Source: Candidatus Woesearchaeota archaeon (GTDB lineage Archaea; Nanobdellota; Nanobdellia; Pacearchaeales; GW2011-AR1). From it: 64,000 bases of DNA. Both the position numbers and the translations under genes were made by a program. This document shows, one piece after another, positions 42,781 to 51,393 of the stretch. Every line of letters begins with the position of its first letter. Within the stretch, counting starts at the first letter, position 1. Under the pieces are notes generated by a model, which had not been told where the DNA came from, did not search any database, and worked only from the letters and a program-made list of their open reading frames with translations. The stretch is from positions 563-64,562 of the forward strand of contig CAYPRJ010000002.1 of assembly GCA_964413095.1 (NCBI GenBank). Direction: 5' to 3'.

Positions 42781-44523
42781 TTAGTAGTAAGAAACTATAA
42801 GTTTTGGTCTTTTGCTCGGATCTTCAGAATAATCTCCGCTCTTGAATTTTCCTCCTTCATCATTTCCTGTAGTCATAAGTGCGATGCCATAATTGGGGTC
42901 ATTCTCCTCAATCCAATCTTTGACAAATGTTGTTATGTCCCACTCATTCCATCTCATCTTGCTTTCAGAAAAAGTACATTCCTCAGAATTAGTTCCATAA
43001 TTTGGTTTATTATCCCAATTAACAGAAGATTCATCCCATGGTTCTATTATCTTTCTTACCTTAAAAACAGGTTCTACATCTGTATAATTACTATTTCCAT
43101 AACCATATAGTTTTAATTTTCCGGAGATTATCCTTGCATTAGAAGGAATTGAAAATAAAGGGAATTCGATAAGAGTATCATCGTCTATTCCATGACTTCC
43201 AATAAATTCGTGCTGAATTTCTAATAGATCTGCATCTGGATACCCGTAATAATACTCTTCACCATCAGGATAGAGAACGTATCTTACCCAAGCATCTTTT
43301 CCTTCTGAACCTGGTTGGATTGTAATTGTAGTTATATCTTGTGGTGGTTCTGAACTTTCAGATTCATCTAAAAGTTTTCTGTATTCAATTATTTTCTTAG
43401 AATAATCAGCTAAACTTTTACTAAATATTTCCATTTTTACTCCAAGAAGTGCTTCTAATCCACCATAAAGCTGCCAGGAGTTTTCATCTGAATTAAGTTC
43501 TAAATAATCAGCTACTTTTCCATAAGGTCCTGTAAGTCCATATATTAAAAAATTTAATTCTGGCCCTGCTGAAGCCTTAAAATTAAAATTTCCTGAAGAC
43601 TCTGGAGAAGAAAAATCAAAATCATTTGAGAAATTTTTTATTAGGCTCCACCTTCCATTTTCATAATTTAAACCTGCAGTTAAAACAGCTTCTTGTGTTA
43701 CTATGGCTTTTGTAGAAGAAATCCCTCCATCAAAATTAAAACCTACTTCTAAATTTGGTTTTATTATAACTGGAATTGGAGTTCCTGGAATTACTCCAGC
43801 TACAAAGGGAGGAAAATCATATTCAACAAGATTTACTTTTTTAATTATTCTTGCAGAAATATCTGACTTTATCTCTACTTCACAATTTTCATTTATTATT
43901 TTTTTAAAAGTTAATGAATCAAGATTATGATTTTTAATTTCAAAATCAAGAACATAATCTGAGTTAAAAGAAATTTCTCCATTTCCTATTATTTGATCTC
44001 CTGTTGTAGATTTATCTCCATCAGAGTCATAAAGAATGACATTGTTTATATCAATCTTAAAATTAAATCCACTGGAAGAAGTAGAAATTCCTTTTTTATT
44101 AATTAATGCTCTTGTACCAGATGGAGAAATAGAGCCCCTATGCTCAAAACTTCCGTCTTCCACAGCATTTTCAAGACTTGCTTGTTCTGTATAAACTGTT
44201 TTTCCGTCAGAAGAAACACTTTTCACTTTTCTAAGAAGTCCATTAGGTGTTAAATTGCTAATATCACAGACTAAAACATCGCCCGAGGAATAATTAACTT
44301 CTTCAGAGAATTTTAATACATCTCCTGAAACAAATTGCAGTTTTTCTAGTTCATTGCCTGAAAGAACATATGTTTCTGGATTTTCCTCCTTTTCTGGAGG
44401 AGACTCTGGGGGAATTACTGGCTGTTTACATGAACTAAAAAATAAAACAGAAGAAGCTAAACCCGCAAGGGCAATTTTCTTGGCAGAGTTTATTCCTTTC
44501 CTAATAATATTCTCTAAGTTCAT
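42781..44523 (-). CDS. surface lipoprotein candidate with C-terminal DNRLRE-like domain
   Basis: Lipobox-like LFFSSC after a signal peptide. The C-terminal region contains EPWDESSVNWDNKPNYG, WNEWDITTFVKDWIEENDPNYGIAL and SEDPSKRPKLIV, which match my recollection of the DNRLRE domain pattern (W.E..vtW.n.P; w..fDvT..v..W; N.G..l; P.L.v). Confidence 0.5.
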   Translation of the reverse strand: MNLENIIRKGINSAKKIALAGLASSVLFFSSCKQPVIPPESPPEKEENPETYVLSGNELEKLQFVSGDVLKFSEEVNYSSGDVLVCDISNLTPNGLLRKVKSVSSDGKTVYTEQASLENAVEDGSFEHRGSISPSGTRALINKKGISTSSSGFNFKIDINNVILYDSDGDKSTTGDQIIGNGEISFNSDYVLDFEIKNHNLDSLTFKKIINENCEVEIKSDISARIIKKVNLVEYDFPPFVAGVIPGTPIPVIIKPNLEVGFNFDGGISSTKAIVTQEAVLTAGLNYENGRWSLIKNFSNDFDFSSPESSGNFNFKASAGPELNFLIYGLTGPYGKVADYLELNSDENSWQLYGGLEALLGVKMEIFSKSLADYSKKIIEYRKLLDESESSEPPQDITTITIQPGSEGKDAWVRYVLYPDGEEYYYGYPDADLLEIQHEFIGSHGIDDDTLIEFPLFSIPSNARIISGKLKLYGYGNSNYTDVEPVFKVRKIIEPWDESSVNWDNKPNYGTNSEECTFSESKMRWNEWDITTFVKDWIEENDPNYGIALMTTGNDEGGKFKSGDYSEDPSKRPKLIVSYY

Positions 44524-44554
44524 ATATAATACTATAAAAATAGGTTTTTAGTTT

Positions 44555-44746
44555 TTACTCAATAAATATCTTCATAATCATGGATATTAAAAATCCAAAA
44601 AATCCCAGCACCAGAATCCCAAGAGCAGAAACTTTTGCAACTTGTTGAAATTCTTTTTTTGTAGGTTTTTTCAAAACGAGCCAAACTCTTTTACATTTAA
44701 AAGCAAATGATTTTATTTTTCCTGGAAATTCTTTAATATTTACCAT
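44555..44746 (-). CDS. secE: preprotein translocase subunit SecE (Sec61 gamma)
   Basis: 63 aa; KRVWLVLKKPTKKEFQQVAKVSALGILVLGFFGFLI is the typical SecE amphipathic segment plus single TM. It lies in the ftsZ-secE-spt5-rpl11 neighbourhood. Confidence 0.75.
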   Translation of the reverse strand: MVNIKEFPGKIKSFAFKCKRVWLVLKKPTKKEFQQVAKVSALGILVLGFFGFLISMIMKIFIE

Positions 44747-44780
44747 AAACTAATCATATAAAAAGAGTTTTTAAGGTTTT

Positions 44781-45017
44781 TCAATAATTATTATTTAGAA
44801 TTTTCCTGGCTTCTAAAAGATCATTTGGGAGTGTTCCCCATGGTCTTATATCTCCGAGTTCTGTTGCTCTTTGCCTAAGGAAATCATATTGTTCTATTAA
44901 AAATTTATATTCTTCCTGATTTAATGCTTCATACTTAATATTAGACAAAACTATCTCTGCATTCTCTGTTACTTCATCTATTGTTTTAATTTCTCCAATA
45001 TCTATCATTTTATTCAA
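44781..45017 (-). CDS. hypothetical small protein (78 aa) coupled to ftsZ
   Basis: ORF start overlaps the ftsZ stop by 8 nt; no recognisable motif. Confidence 0.45.
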   Translation of the reverse strand: MNKMIDIGEIKTIDEVTENAEIVLSNIKYEALNQEEYKFLIEQYDFLRQRATELGDIRPWGTLPNDLLEARKILNNNY

Positions 45018-46119
45018 AAAAATCTATTCCTAATTCTTCTTCAATTTCTTTATGTTTAACATCTTCTATTGAATCTCCTTTACCTAAAATTTGTGAGCTT
45101 TTTACTCCTGTAACAATTAATAAAACACGTAAGGCTTTATCCATGTCTTCTGAAATTTTTGCACCCCAGATTAATTTTGCATCTGGGCTTAATTTGTTTC
45201 CTATATTTTCTATAATTGTCTTGCATTCATCTAAACTCATGTCACTTCCTCCAACTATATTCACTAAAGAACCTGTGGCATTGGAAATATCAACATCTAA
45301 CAAAGGGTTGCTAATTGCTTTTTCAACAGCATCAATTGCTCTTTGCTGGCTGTCTGATTCTCCCATGCCTATTAAAGAAACTCCTCCGTCAACCATAATT
45401 GCCTTAACATCAGCAAAATCCAGATTTACTAAGCCAGAGCTAGTAACTAGTTCTGTAATTCCCTTAACAGCATTTGTTAAAATTTCATCAGCAATTTTAA
45501 ATGCTGTATGTAAGGGTAATTCAGGAGCTAATTCTAAAAGTTTATCATTTGGAATGACAATTAAAGTATCAACAACTCCCTCCATTCTTTCTAAACCTTC
45601 CATTGCATTTTCAACTCTTTTTCTTCCTTCAATTGTAAAAGGCAAAGTTACAACACCAATTGTCAATGCACCTTGTTTTTTTGCTAAAGAAGCTATTAAA
45701 GGAGCAGCTCCTGTTCCTGTTCCACCTCCTAATCCGCAGGTAATAAAAACCATATCACTTCCAGAAATTTTCTTTTTTATATCTGACTGAGATTCTTTTG
45801 CTGCTTCTTCTCCTATTTTGGGGTTACTTCCTGCACCTAAACCCTGAGTTAATTCTTTTCCTATTAATATTTTATGGTCTGCATTAGTATAAAGTAAATC
45901 TTGAGCATCTGTATTAATTGCTATTAGTTCTCCTCCTTTTATTCCAATTTCATTCATTCTGCTTAAAGAATTTCCACCCCCACCACCAACACCAATTACT
46001 CTAATTCGTGCTGTTTGTTTTTTTAATAATTCTTCTAATTCAGCGTCTATGTTTTTAACTTCATCAGACAAAAAAGCATTTCCTTGAGAATTCATATTTT
46101 GATTATAGATATCTTCCAT
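45010..46119 (-). CDS. ftsZ: cell division GTPase FtsZ
   Basis: IRVIGVGGGGGNSLSRM, the tubulin signature GLGGGTGTGAAPLIA, and NVDFADV-like LVNLDFADV. Confidence 0.95.
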   Translation of the reverse strand: MEDIYNQNMNSQGNAFLSDEVKNIDAELEELLKKQTARIRVIGVGGGGGNSLSRMNEIGIKGGELIAINTDAQDLLYTNADHKILIGKELTQGLGAGSNPKIGEEAAKESQSDIKKKISGSDMVFITCGLGGGTGTGAAPLIASLAKKQGALTIGVVTLPFTIEGRKRVENAMEGLERMEGVVDTLIVIPNDKLLELAPELPLHTAFKIADEILTNAVKGITELVTSSGLVNLDFADVKAIMVDGGVSLIGMGESDSQQRAIDAVEKAISNPLLDVDISNATGSLVNIVGGSDMSLDECKTIIENIGNKLSPDAKLIWGAKISEDMDKALRVLLIVTGVKSSQILGKGDSIEDVKHKEIEEELGIDFFE

Positions 46120-46166
46120 TAAAATGAGAATTGAAAATTATTTATAAGGATTATTGTAGTGAAAAA

Positions 46167-46841
46167 CTATTCCTTCTTCTGAAAACTATTTTCTTTCTTT
46201 GCTTTTTGTTTATTTTCTTTCCCTTTAACTTCTAGTTCTAAACCAAAAATATTTTTAAATTTATCTTTAAACATTTCAACATATGGCTTCGTTTGTTTTT
46301 CTACTTTAATTATTAACTTTTTATCTTTTACTTCAAATTCTAATTCTCTTTTAAATAAAAATTCTATAATGGCTTTAATTTGTTCTTCGAGTTTTTCAAC
46401 TTTCTTTAAAACTTTTATATTGTAAACCACATCTTTTCCTGCTAAAGGGTTATTAAAATCAGCCATTACTCTTCCTCCTGAAACAGTTAGTATTTTTCCT
46501 ATTCTGCCATCAAAATTAAACATTGCTCCAGGAACAGGATTTGTATTATTCTGCCTGAAAACTCTCATAGGAATCATCTGAATTAATTTTGGATTTCTTT
46601 TTCCAAAAGCTTTTTCTGGAGTCAACTCAATTGTATGCTCTCCTATATTTTTGCCGATAAGAAAATTATCTATTTCTTTAAGAAACATATCTTCTCCTAG
46701 ACAAGAAATAAATGGCTTTGCTTTTGTTTTTGAACCAATTTTTTCCAAATCTTCTTTAATATTTGAATCAAAAATCTCTCCAGTATCTTTAATTCTTCCT
46801 GTAAATTTTATTTCTACAAAATCTTTTTTCTTTAATACCAT
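46167..46841 (-). CDS. FKBP-type peptidyl-prolyl cis-trans isomerase (long archaeal type)
   Basis: VEIKFTGRIKDTGEIFDSN, the insert-in-flap region, and NPLAGKDVVYNIKVLKV are typical of archaeal FKBP/SlyD-like PPIases. Confidence 0.75.
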   Translation of the reverse strand: MVLKKKDFVEIKFTGRIKDTGEIFDSNIKEDLEKIGSKTKAKPFISCLGEDMFLKEIDNFLIGKNIGEHTIELTPEKAFGKRNPKLIQMIPMRVFRQNNTNPVPGAMFNFDGRIGKILTVSGGRVMADFNNPLAGKDVVYNIKVLKKVEKLEEQIKAIIEFLFKRELEFEVKDKKLIIKVEKQTKPYVEMFKDKFKNIFGLELEVKGKENKQKAKKENSFQKKE

Positions 46842-46891
46842 TTTATTTTCTCGAGAAAAATGTTTATAAATGTATTTTTTCTGGATACAAT

Positions 46892-47278
46892 ATGGTTTTA
46901 AAATTTATTAATGCAACAGAAGCAAAAGTAAATACAAATATTATAGTTGATAAACAGCCATATACTATTAAAAAGATTGACACAAGCAAGACAGGAAAAC
47001 ACGGACATAGTAAGGCTAGAATAGAAGCTGTTGGAATTATTAATAATCAGAAAAAAGTTTTTGTTGTGCCGGGTCATGAAAGATTTGAAATTCCCAGAGT
47101 GGAAAAAAGAAAGGGGCAAGTTCTTTCAATTGCAGATAAAGTTAGTATAATGGATTTAGAAAATTTTGAAACACTTGAAGTTCCTTGTCCGCCTGAAATA
47201 AAATCAGAGCTTCAGGAAAATTCAAATGTAGAATACTGGGATATAGAGGGAGAGAAAATAATCAAGAGGAAATTATAA
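46892..47278 (+). CDS. eif5a: translation initiation factor 5A (aIF5A)
   Basis: The hypusination loop TSKTGKHGHSKARIEAVGI, plus a C-terminal OB fold. Confidence 0.9.
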   Translation: MVLKFINATEAKVNTNIIVDKQPYTIKKIDTSKTGKHGHSKARIEAVGIINNQKKVFVVPGHERFEIPRVEKRKGQVLSIADKVSIMDLENFETLEVPCPPEIKSELQENSNVEYWDIEGEKIIKRKL

Positions 47279-47475
47279 TGATACCTATTTATAATCCAAA
47301 AAATAATATTTATATTATAAAAGATAAACAAAACAGAGTTAAATATTTAATAGGAAAAGAAGAAAATTTATCTTCAATGGTGGATATTGCAAGAGCAAAT
47401 ATTGAAAAACCAAAAAATTCAGAGATTATGAAATCAATTGAAGATATTTGTAAAATAAAATCAGAGAGTATATAA
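47278..47475 (+). CDS. hypothetical small protein (65 aa)
   Basis: ORF packed tightly between eif5a and rpl40e, with 1-nt overlaps on both sides. Confidence 0.4.
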   Translation: MIPIYNPKNNIYIIKDKQNRVKYLIGKEENLSSMVDIARANIEKPKNSEIMKSIEDICKIKSESI

Positions 47476-47636
47476 TGGCAAAGATAAAAGAAGCATCAGA
47501 TAGAATGTTCAAAAATGTTTTTGTTTGTAAAAAATGCAGTACAAAAATTAAAGCAGAACCTCAAAAAATTCTAGCTGGAAAAATTAAATGTAGAAAATGC
47601 AAAAAGAGTTCTTTCCGTCCTCTTAAGAAAAAATAA
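47475..47636 (+). CDS. rpl40e: 50S ribosomal protein L40e (eL40)
   Basis: 53-aa ORF absent from the track. My translation is MAKIKEASDRMFKNVFVCKKCSTKIKAEPQKILAGKIKCRKCKKSSFRPLKKK. The C..C...C.KC zinc-ribbon pattern and the LR/FRPxKK end are as in archaeal L40e. Confidence 0.7.
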   Translation: MAKIKEASDRMFKNVFVCKKCSTKIKAEPQKILAGKIKCRKCKKSSFRPLKKK

Positions 47637-47641
47637 TCAAG

Positions 47642-49066
47642 ATGGATTTTATTGTTTATGATATAATTTTGCTAATTTCTTTTGTGATATTTATTTCTAT
47701 ATTTCTTTATATTAAGAGAAAGAATACAAAAAGAGAAGGATTATTATTTTTATACAGAGCAAAATGGGGGATAAGATTAATTAATCATATTGGAAAAAAA
47801 TATAGAAAATTTTTGAATTTTTTGGGTTATTTTGCTATTGGATTAGGTTATATTTTAATGGCAGGAATTTTTTATTTTCTTGGAAAAATAGTTTGGATTT
47901 ATCTTTTTAACCGAGATATTGTCAGAGCAATTAAAGTTCCTCCTATAATGCCTTTAGTTCCTTATATTACAAATATTGTTGATATACCTGGATTACCTCC
48001 ATTTTATTTTATTTATTTTGTTGTTGTTGTTGCTATAATTGCAATACCTCATGAATTTTTCCATGGGATTTTTGCAGCAGCAAGCAAAGTCAAAATAAAG
48101 AAAACAGGATTTGGATTTTTTCCTTTTTTCTTCCCGGTTTTTCCTTTAGCTTTTGTAGAACAAGATGAAAAAAGCATGAAAAAAGCCAGTAAAAAGAAAC
48201 AAATGGCAATACTTTCTGCAGGAACTTTTGCAAATATATTAACTGCTATCCTCTTCTTTTTCTTATTACTTTTATTTTTTAGTTTAGCTTTTACTTCTGC
48301 TGGAGTTAATTTTGATTCCTATTCTTATTCTGTTATTGGTATTGCTAGTATTTCTTCAATAAATGGAGTTGCAGTTGAAAACACAAGTTATGAACAAATT
48401 TTTAATTTAGTAAATAAAACAGAACAAAGTAAAATTAAAACAGAGGAAGAAACATATGTTTTGACAAAAAACTTTCTAGAAAAACAAAAAAATGTAGAAG
48501 AATATATTTATTTATATGATAATGCTCCTGCAGTTAATGCAGAGCTAAAAGGAGCAATAACTAAAATTAATAACATAAAAATTGACAGTAAAGAAAAATT
48601 AGAAGAAGAGCTATATAAATATTCTCCTAATGATACTATAACAATAACAATGAATAACAAAGGTGAGATTTATGAAAAAGAAATTGTTCTTGATGAGCAT
48701 CCTGAAAAACAAGGAAAACCTTGGCTTGGAATTGGTTTTGCAGTCCAGGAGCAAGAAGGAATAATCGGGAAAATGACTAGTTTAATTTATTCAGTAAAAA
48801 AACCAAATATATATTATGAATCAAATTTTGAGGCTGCGACATTTATTTATAATTTATTATGGTGGATTATTTTGATTAGCATTAGTGTTGCATTGATAAA
48901 TATGTTGCCTGTTGGAATTTTCGACGGAGGAAGATTCTTATTTTTAACAGTATTTGCAATAACAAAAAGTAAAGATAAAGCTCAAAAAGTTTTCAAATTC
49001 TTGACTTATTTCATATTATTCTTAGTTGTAATATTAATGGTTTCTTGGGTATTTAGTTTTTGGTAA
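47642..49066 (+). CDS. site-2 protease family (M50) membrane metalloprotease with PDZ-like insert
   Basis: HEFFHG (HExxH) lies in a TM segment, with NMLPVGIFDGGR (NxxPxxxLDG) near the C-terminus; the protein is polytopic. Confidence 0.75.
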   Translation: MDFIVYDIILLISFVIFISIFLYIKRKNTKREGLLFLYRAKWGIRLINHIGKKYRKFLNFLGYFAIGLGYILMAGIFYFLGKIVWIYLFNRDIVRAIKVPPIMPLVPYITNIVDIPGLPPFYFIYFVVVVAIIAIPHEFFHGIFAAASKVKIKKTGFGFFPFFFPVFPLAFVEQDEKSMKKASKKKQMAILSAGTFANILTAILFFFLLLLFFSLAFTSAGVNFDSYSYSVIGIASISSINGVAVENTSYEQIFNLVNKTEQSKIKTEEETYVLTKNFLEKQKNVEEYIYLYDNAPAVNAELKGAITKINNIKIDSKEKLEEELYKYSPNDTITITMNNKGEIYEKEIVLDEHPEKQGKPWLGIGFAVQEQEGIIGKMTSLIYSVKKPNIYYESNFEAATFIYNLLWWIILISISVALINMLPVGIFDGGRFLFLTVFAITKSKDKAQKVFKFLTYFILFLVVILMVSWVFSFW

Positions 49067-49097
49067 AGTTTAAAACTTGATTGTTTTTTGCATTGCT

Positions 49098-50090
49098 ATG
49101 ATTCCAGATAAAGTTAGAAAAACTCTTGAAAAACAGCATTATAGAATAGTTGGAAATCATTCTGCAGTTCAGGTTTGTTTATGGACTAAAAAATCCTTGA
49201 ACAACAAGGGGGTTTGCTGGAAAGAAAAATTTTATGGAATCCAGTGCCATAGATGTTGTCAGTTTTCTCCTGCTGTTATGTGGTGCGAAAACAGATGTTT
49301 ACATTGTTGGCGTCCTATAGAAATGAATTTAGGAACAAAACTTGGAAAAATCAATGAGCCAAAAAAAATTTTAGAGGGAGTTATAGAAGCAAGAAAAAAA
49401 TTATTGGATGGATTTAAGGGAAATAAGGATGTTTCAAAGAAAAAACTCAAAGAAGCTATGGAACCAAATTTTTTCACCTTTTCTCTTTCAGGAGAACCAA
49501 CCCTCTACCCAAAAATGCCAGAACTTATTAAAGAAATTAAAAAAAGAAATGCAATTGCATATTTAGTTACAAATGGACAGAATCCAGATATGCTAAAAAA
49601 ACTTGAGAAAGAGAATGCCCTTCCCACACAAATGGTTATTTCAACAAATGCTCCTAACAAAGAACTTTTTGAAAAATGGCACAACTCAGAAAAAAAAGAT
49701 GCTTGGGAAAAATTTAATGAAACTTTAAATGTCATGAAAGAATTGAAAGGGAAAACCAGAAGAGTTATTAGGTTGACTCTTGCAAAAGAAGGTGATGAAA
49801 AAGAAAAGATTAAAATTTCAAATATGAAAAAAGAGCATGTTCCTCAATATGCAAATATAATAAAAAAATCAGAACCAGATTTTATTCATATTAAAGGATT
49901 TAAATCTTTAGGATATTCTCGGAAAAGGCTGGGTTATAGTAAACAGCCATTGCATCCAGAAGTTAAAGATTTTGCAGAAAAACTTGAAGCTGAATTAGAA
50001 AATTTTGGGTATAAAAAATTAGGAGAAGAAGAAAGAAGTTGTGTTGTTTTGCTTGGAAAGAGTAAAGAAAGAATAAAGATTAAAATATAA
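49098..50090 (+). CDS. taw1: 4-demethylwyosine synthase Taw1 (TYW1, radical SAM)
   Basis: LEKQHYRIVGNHSAVQVCLWTKKSL, the CHRCCQFSP...C.NRCLHCWR Cys clusters, and LSGEPTLYP. First ATG is at 49098. Confidence 0.8.
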   Translation: MIPDKVRKTLEKQHYRIVGNHSAVQVCLWTKKSLNNKGVCWKEKFYGIQCHRCCQFSPAVMWCENRCLHCWRPIEMNLGTKLGKINEPKKILEGVIEARKKLLDGFKGNKDVSKKKLKEAMEPNFFTFSLSGEPTLYPKMPELIKEIKKRNAIAYLVTNGQNPDMLKKLEKENALPTQMVISTNAPNKELFEKWHNSEKKDAWEKFNETLNVMKELKGKTRRVIRLTLAKEGDEKEKIKISNMKKEHVPQYANIIKKSEPDFIHIKGFKSLGYSRKRLGYSKQPLHPEVKDFAEKLEAELENFGYKKLGEEERSCVVLLGKSKERIKIKI

Positions 50091-50094
50091 AAAA

Positions 50095-50445
50095 TTACAA
50101 ATCAATGACTCCTTCTCTTGTTAGGGCTGCAAATCTAATTCCTACAGGCAAATTAATTAGAGCTGAAATTAAAGCCATGTGCTCTTTACCGTCGCCAGAA
50201 GCTATTGTCAAAGCAACTTCTGTTCCATCAATTTTTCCCTTAAGTTTTTTTGAAAATTCTTCTTTTAAGTCTTTTATTTTTTTATTTAAATCCACATTAA
50301 TAAATTCAAAATCTTTCTCATGTGTAAATTGCTTTGCGAAATCATCTCCAAGAACAATTATTTTATCCCATTCTCCGTGTTTCATTAAACCAGAAACCTG
50401 AGCCCATGAACCTTTTCCTTTAGAAAGTAATGCAATTAATTCCAT
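50095..50445 (-). CDS. hypothetical protein (116 aa)
   Basis: ORF only. Confidence 0.45.
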   Translation of the reverse strand: MELIALLSKGKGSWAQVSGLMKHGEWDKIIVLGDDFAKQFTHEKDFEFINVDLNKKIKDLKEEFSKKLKGKIDGTEVALTIASGDGKEHMALISALINLPVGIRFAALTREGVIDL

Positions 50446-50706
50446 AACAAAAAAAGAAAATAGAGTTTTTTAAGGATTATTGTGATGGGGCTTTGTTGGA
50501 AAAGTTGCTATTTTTTTAACTTATTAAATGGAAAATTGGCTCTTCTGTTTGCAGATTGATAAATTATTATTTGTGAGATTTTATTATTAGTTATTAATCG
50601 TGAGCTGGAAGAGAACGCAATATTTTTTAACCAGATTTTAATTATTAAACAAAGCTTTGTGATGGGTTAGATTTATAAATGATTATTTGTTGGAGAATTC
50701 AACGCA

Positions 50707-50752
50707 CTACATCGTTGCAAGATAGTTTCTAGACTTGTGACGCATTATGTAG
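50707..50752 (+). promoter_or_regulatory. extended hairpin in the rpl1 leader (possible autoregulatory site)
   Basis: CTACAT-CGTTGCAAG-[12-nt loop]-CTTGTGACG-CATT-ATGTAG: a 9-bp inner stem (including two G.U pairs) plus a 6-bp outer stem, ending 10 nt before the rpl1 ATG. Confidence 0.4.
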
Positions 50753-50762
50753 AAGTTATAAA

Positions 50763-51392
50763 ATGGCTGAACTTAAACAAGATTTGAAAAAAGCTTTAAC
50801 TGAGCTTAGAAAAGAAAAAGAAAGAAAATTTGAACAGTCAGTAGACTTAATTATAAACTTGAAAAAATTTGATGTTAAAAAAAATTCTATAAATCTTTTT
50901 GTTCCTCTTAAACATAAAATAAAAGATAAAAAAATATGTGGTTTTTTAGAATCTAAAAATAAAAATATAGAAACAATCACGCCTGAAGAATTCAAAAAGT
51001 ATTCAGACAAAAAAGAACTTCACAAATTAGTAAAAAAATTTGATTTTTTTGCTTCTCAGGCAAGTTTAATGCCAAAAGTAGCTACAACTTTTGGAAGAGT
51101 TTTAGGGCCAGTAGGTAAAATGCCTTCACCACAATTAGGAATTCTCACAAATATCGATGACAACTCTATAGACGAGTTAAAAAGAAAAGTCAACAATAGT
51201 GTAAAAATAAGAACAAAAGAACCGAGTATAAAATTGTCTGTTGGTAAACAAAGTATGAAAGATGAAGATATTATTGAAAATATTCTTACTATTTATAATG
51301 CTATTCTAAAAGTTCTTCTAAGAGGAAAAGAGAATATAAAAAATATAGAAATAAAATTCACTATGACTAAACCAAAAAAAATAGAAGTATAA
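50763..51392 (+). CDS. rpl1: 50S ribosomal protein L1 (uL1)
   Basis: FEQSVDLIINLK, LGPVGKMPSP and operon context with P0 and P1. Confidence 0.9.
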   Translation: MAELKQDLKKALTELRKEKERKFEQSVDLIINLKKFDVKKNSINLFVPLKHKIKDKKICGFLESKNKNIETITPEEFKKYSDKKELHKLVKKFDFFASQASLMPKVATTFGRVLGPVGKMPSPQLGILTNIDDNSIDELKRKVNNSVKIRTKEPSIKLSVGKQSMKDEDIIENILTIYNAILKVLLRGKENIKNIEIKFTMTKPKKIEV

Positions 51393-51393
51393 A

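Noticed and set aside
42742-43110. A 122-aa plus-strand ORF overlapping the end of the DNRLRE-like gene.
   Set aside because: It is antisense to a 580-aa ORF with recognisable domain motifs, and it has no support of its own.
45143-45790. A 215-aa plus-strand ORF antisense to ftsZ.
   Set aside because: ftsZ on the minus strand has unambiguous motifs. The antisense product has no motifs and is a typical shadow of a Gly/Ala-rich gene.
50473-50700. The repeated TTGTGATGGG...TTTGTTGGA motif in the spacer upstream of rpl1, considered as a C/D-box or regulator-site pair.
   Set aside because: There are only two loose copies, one carrying a large insertion, and there is no D box. The evidence is insufficient.
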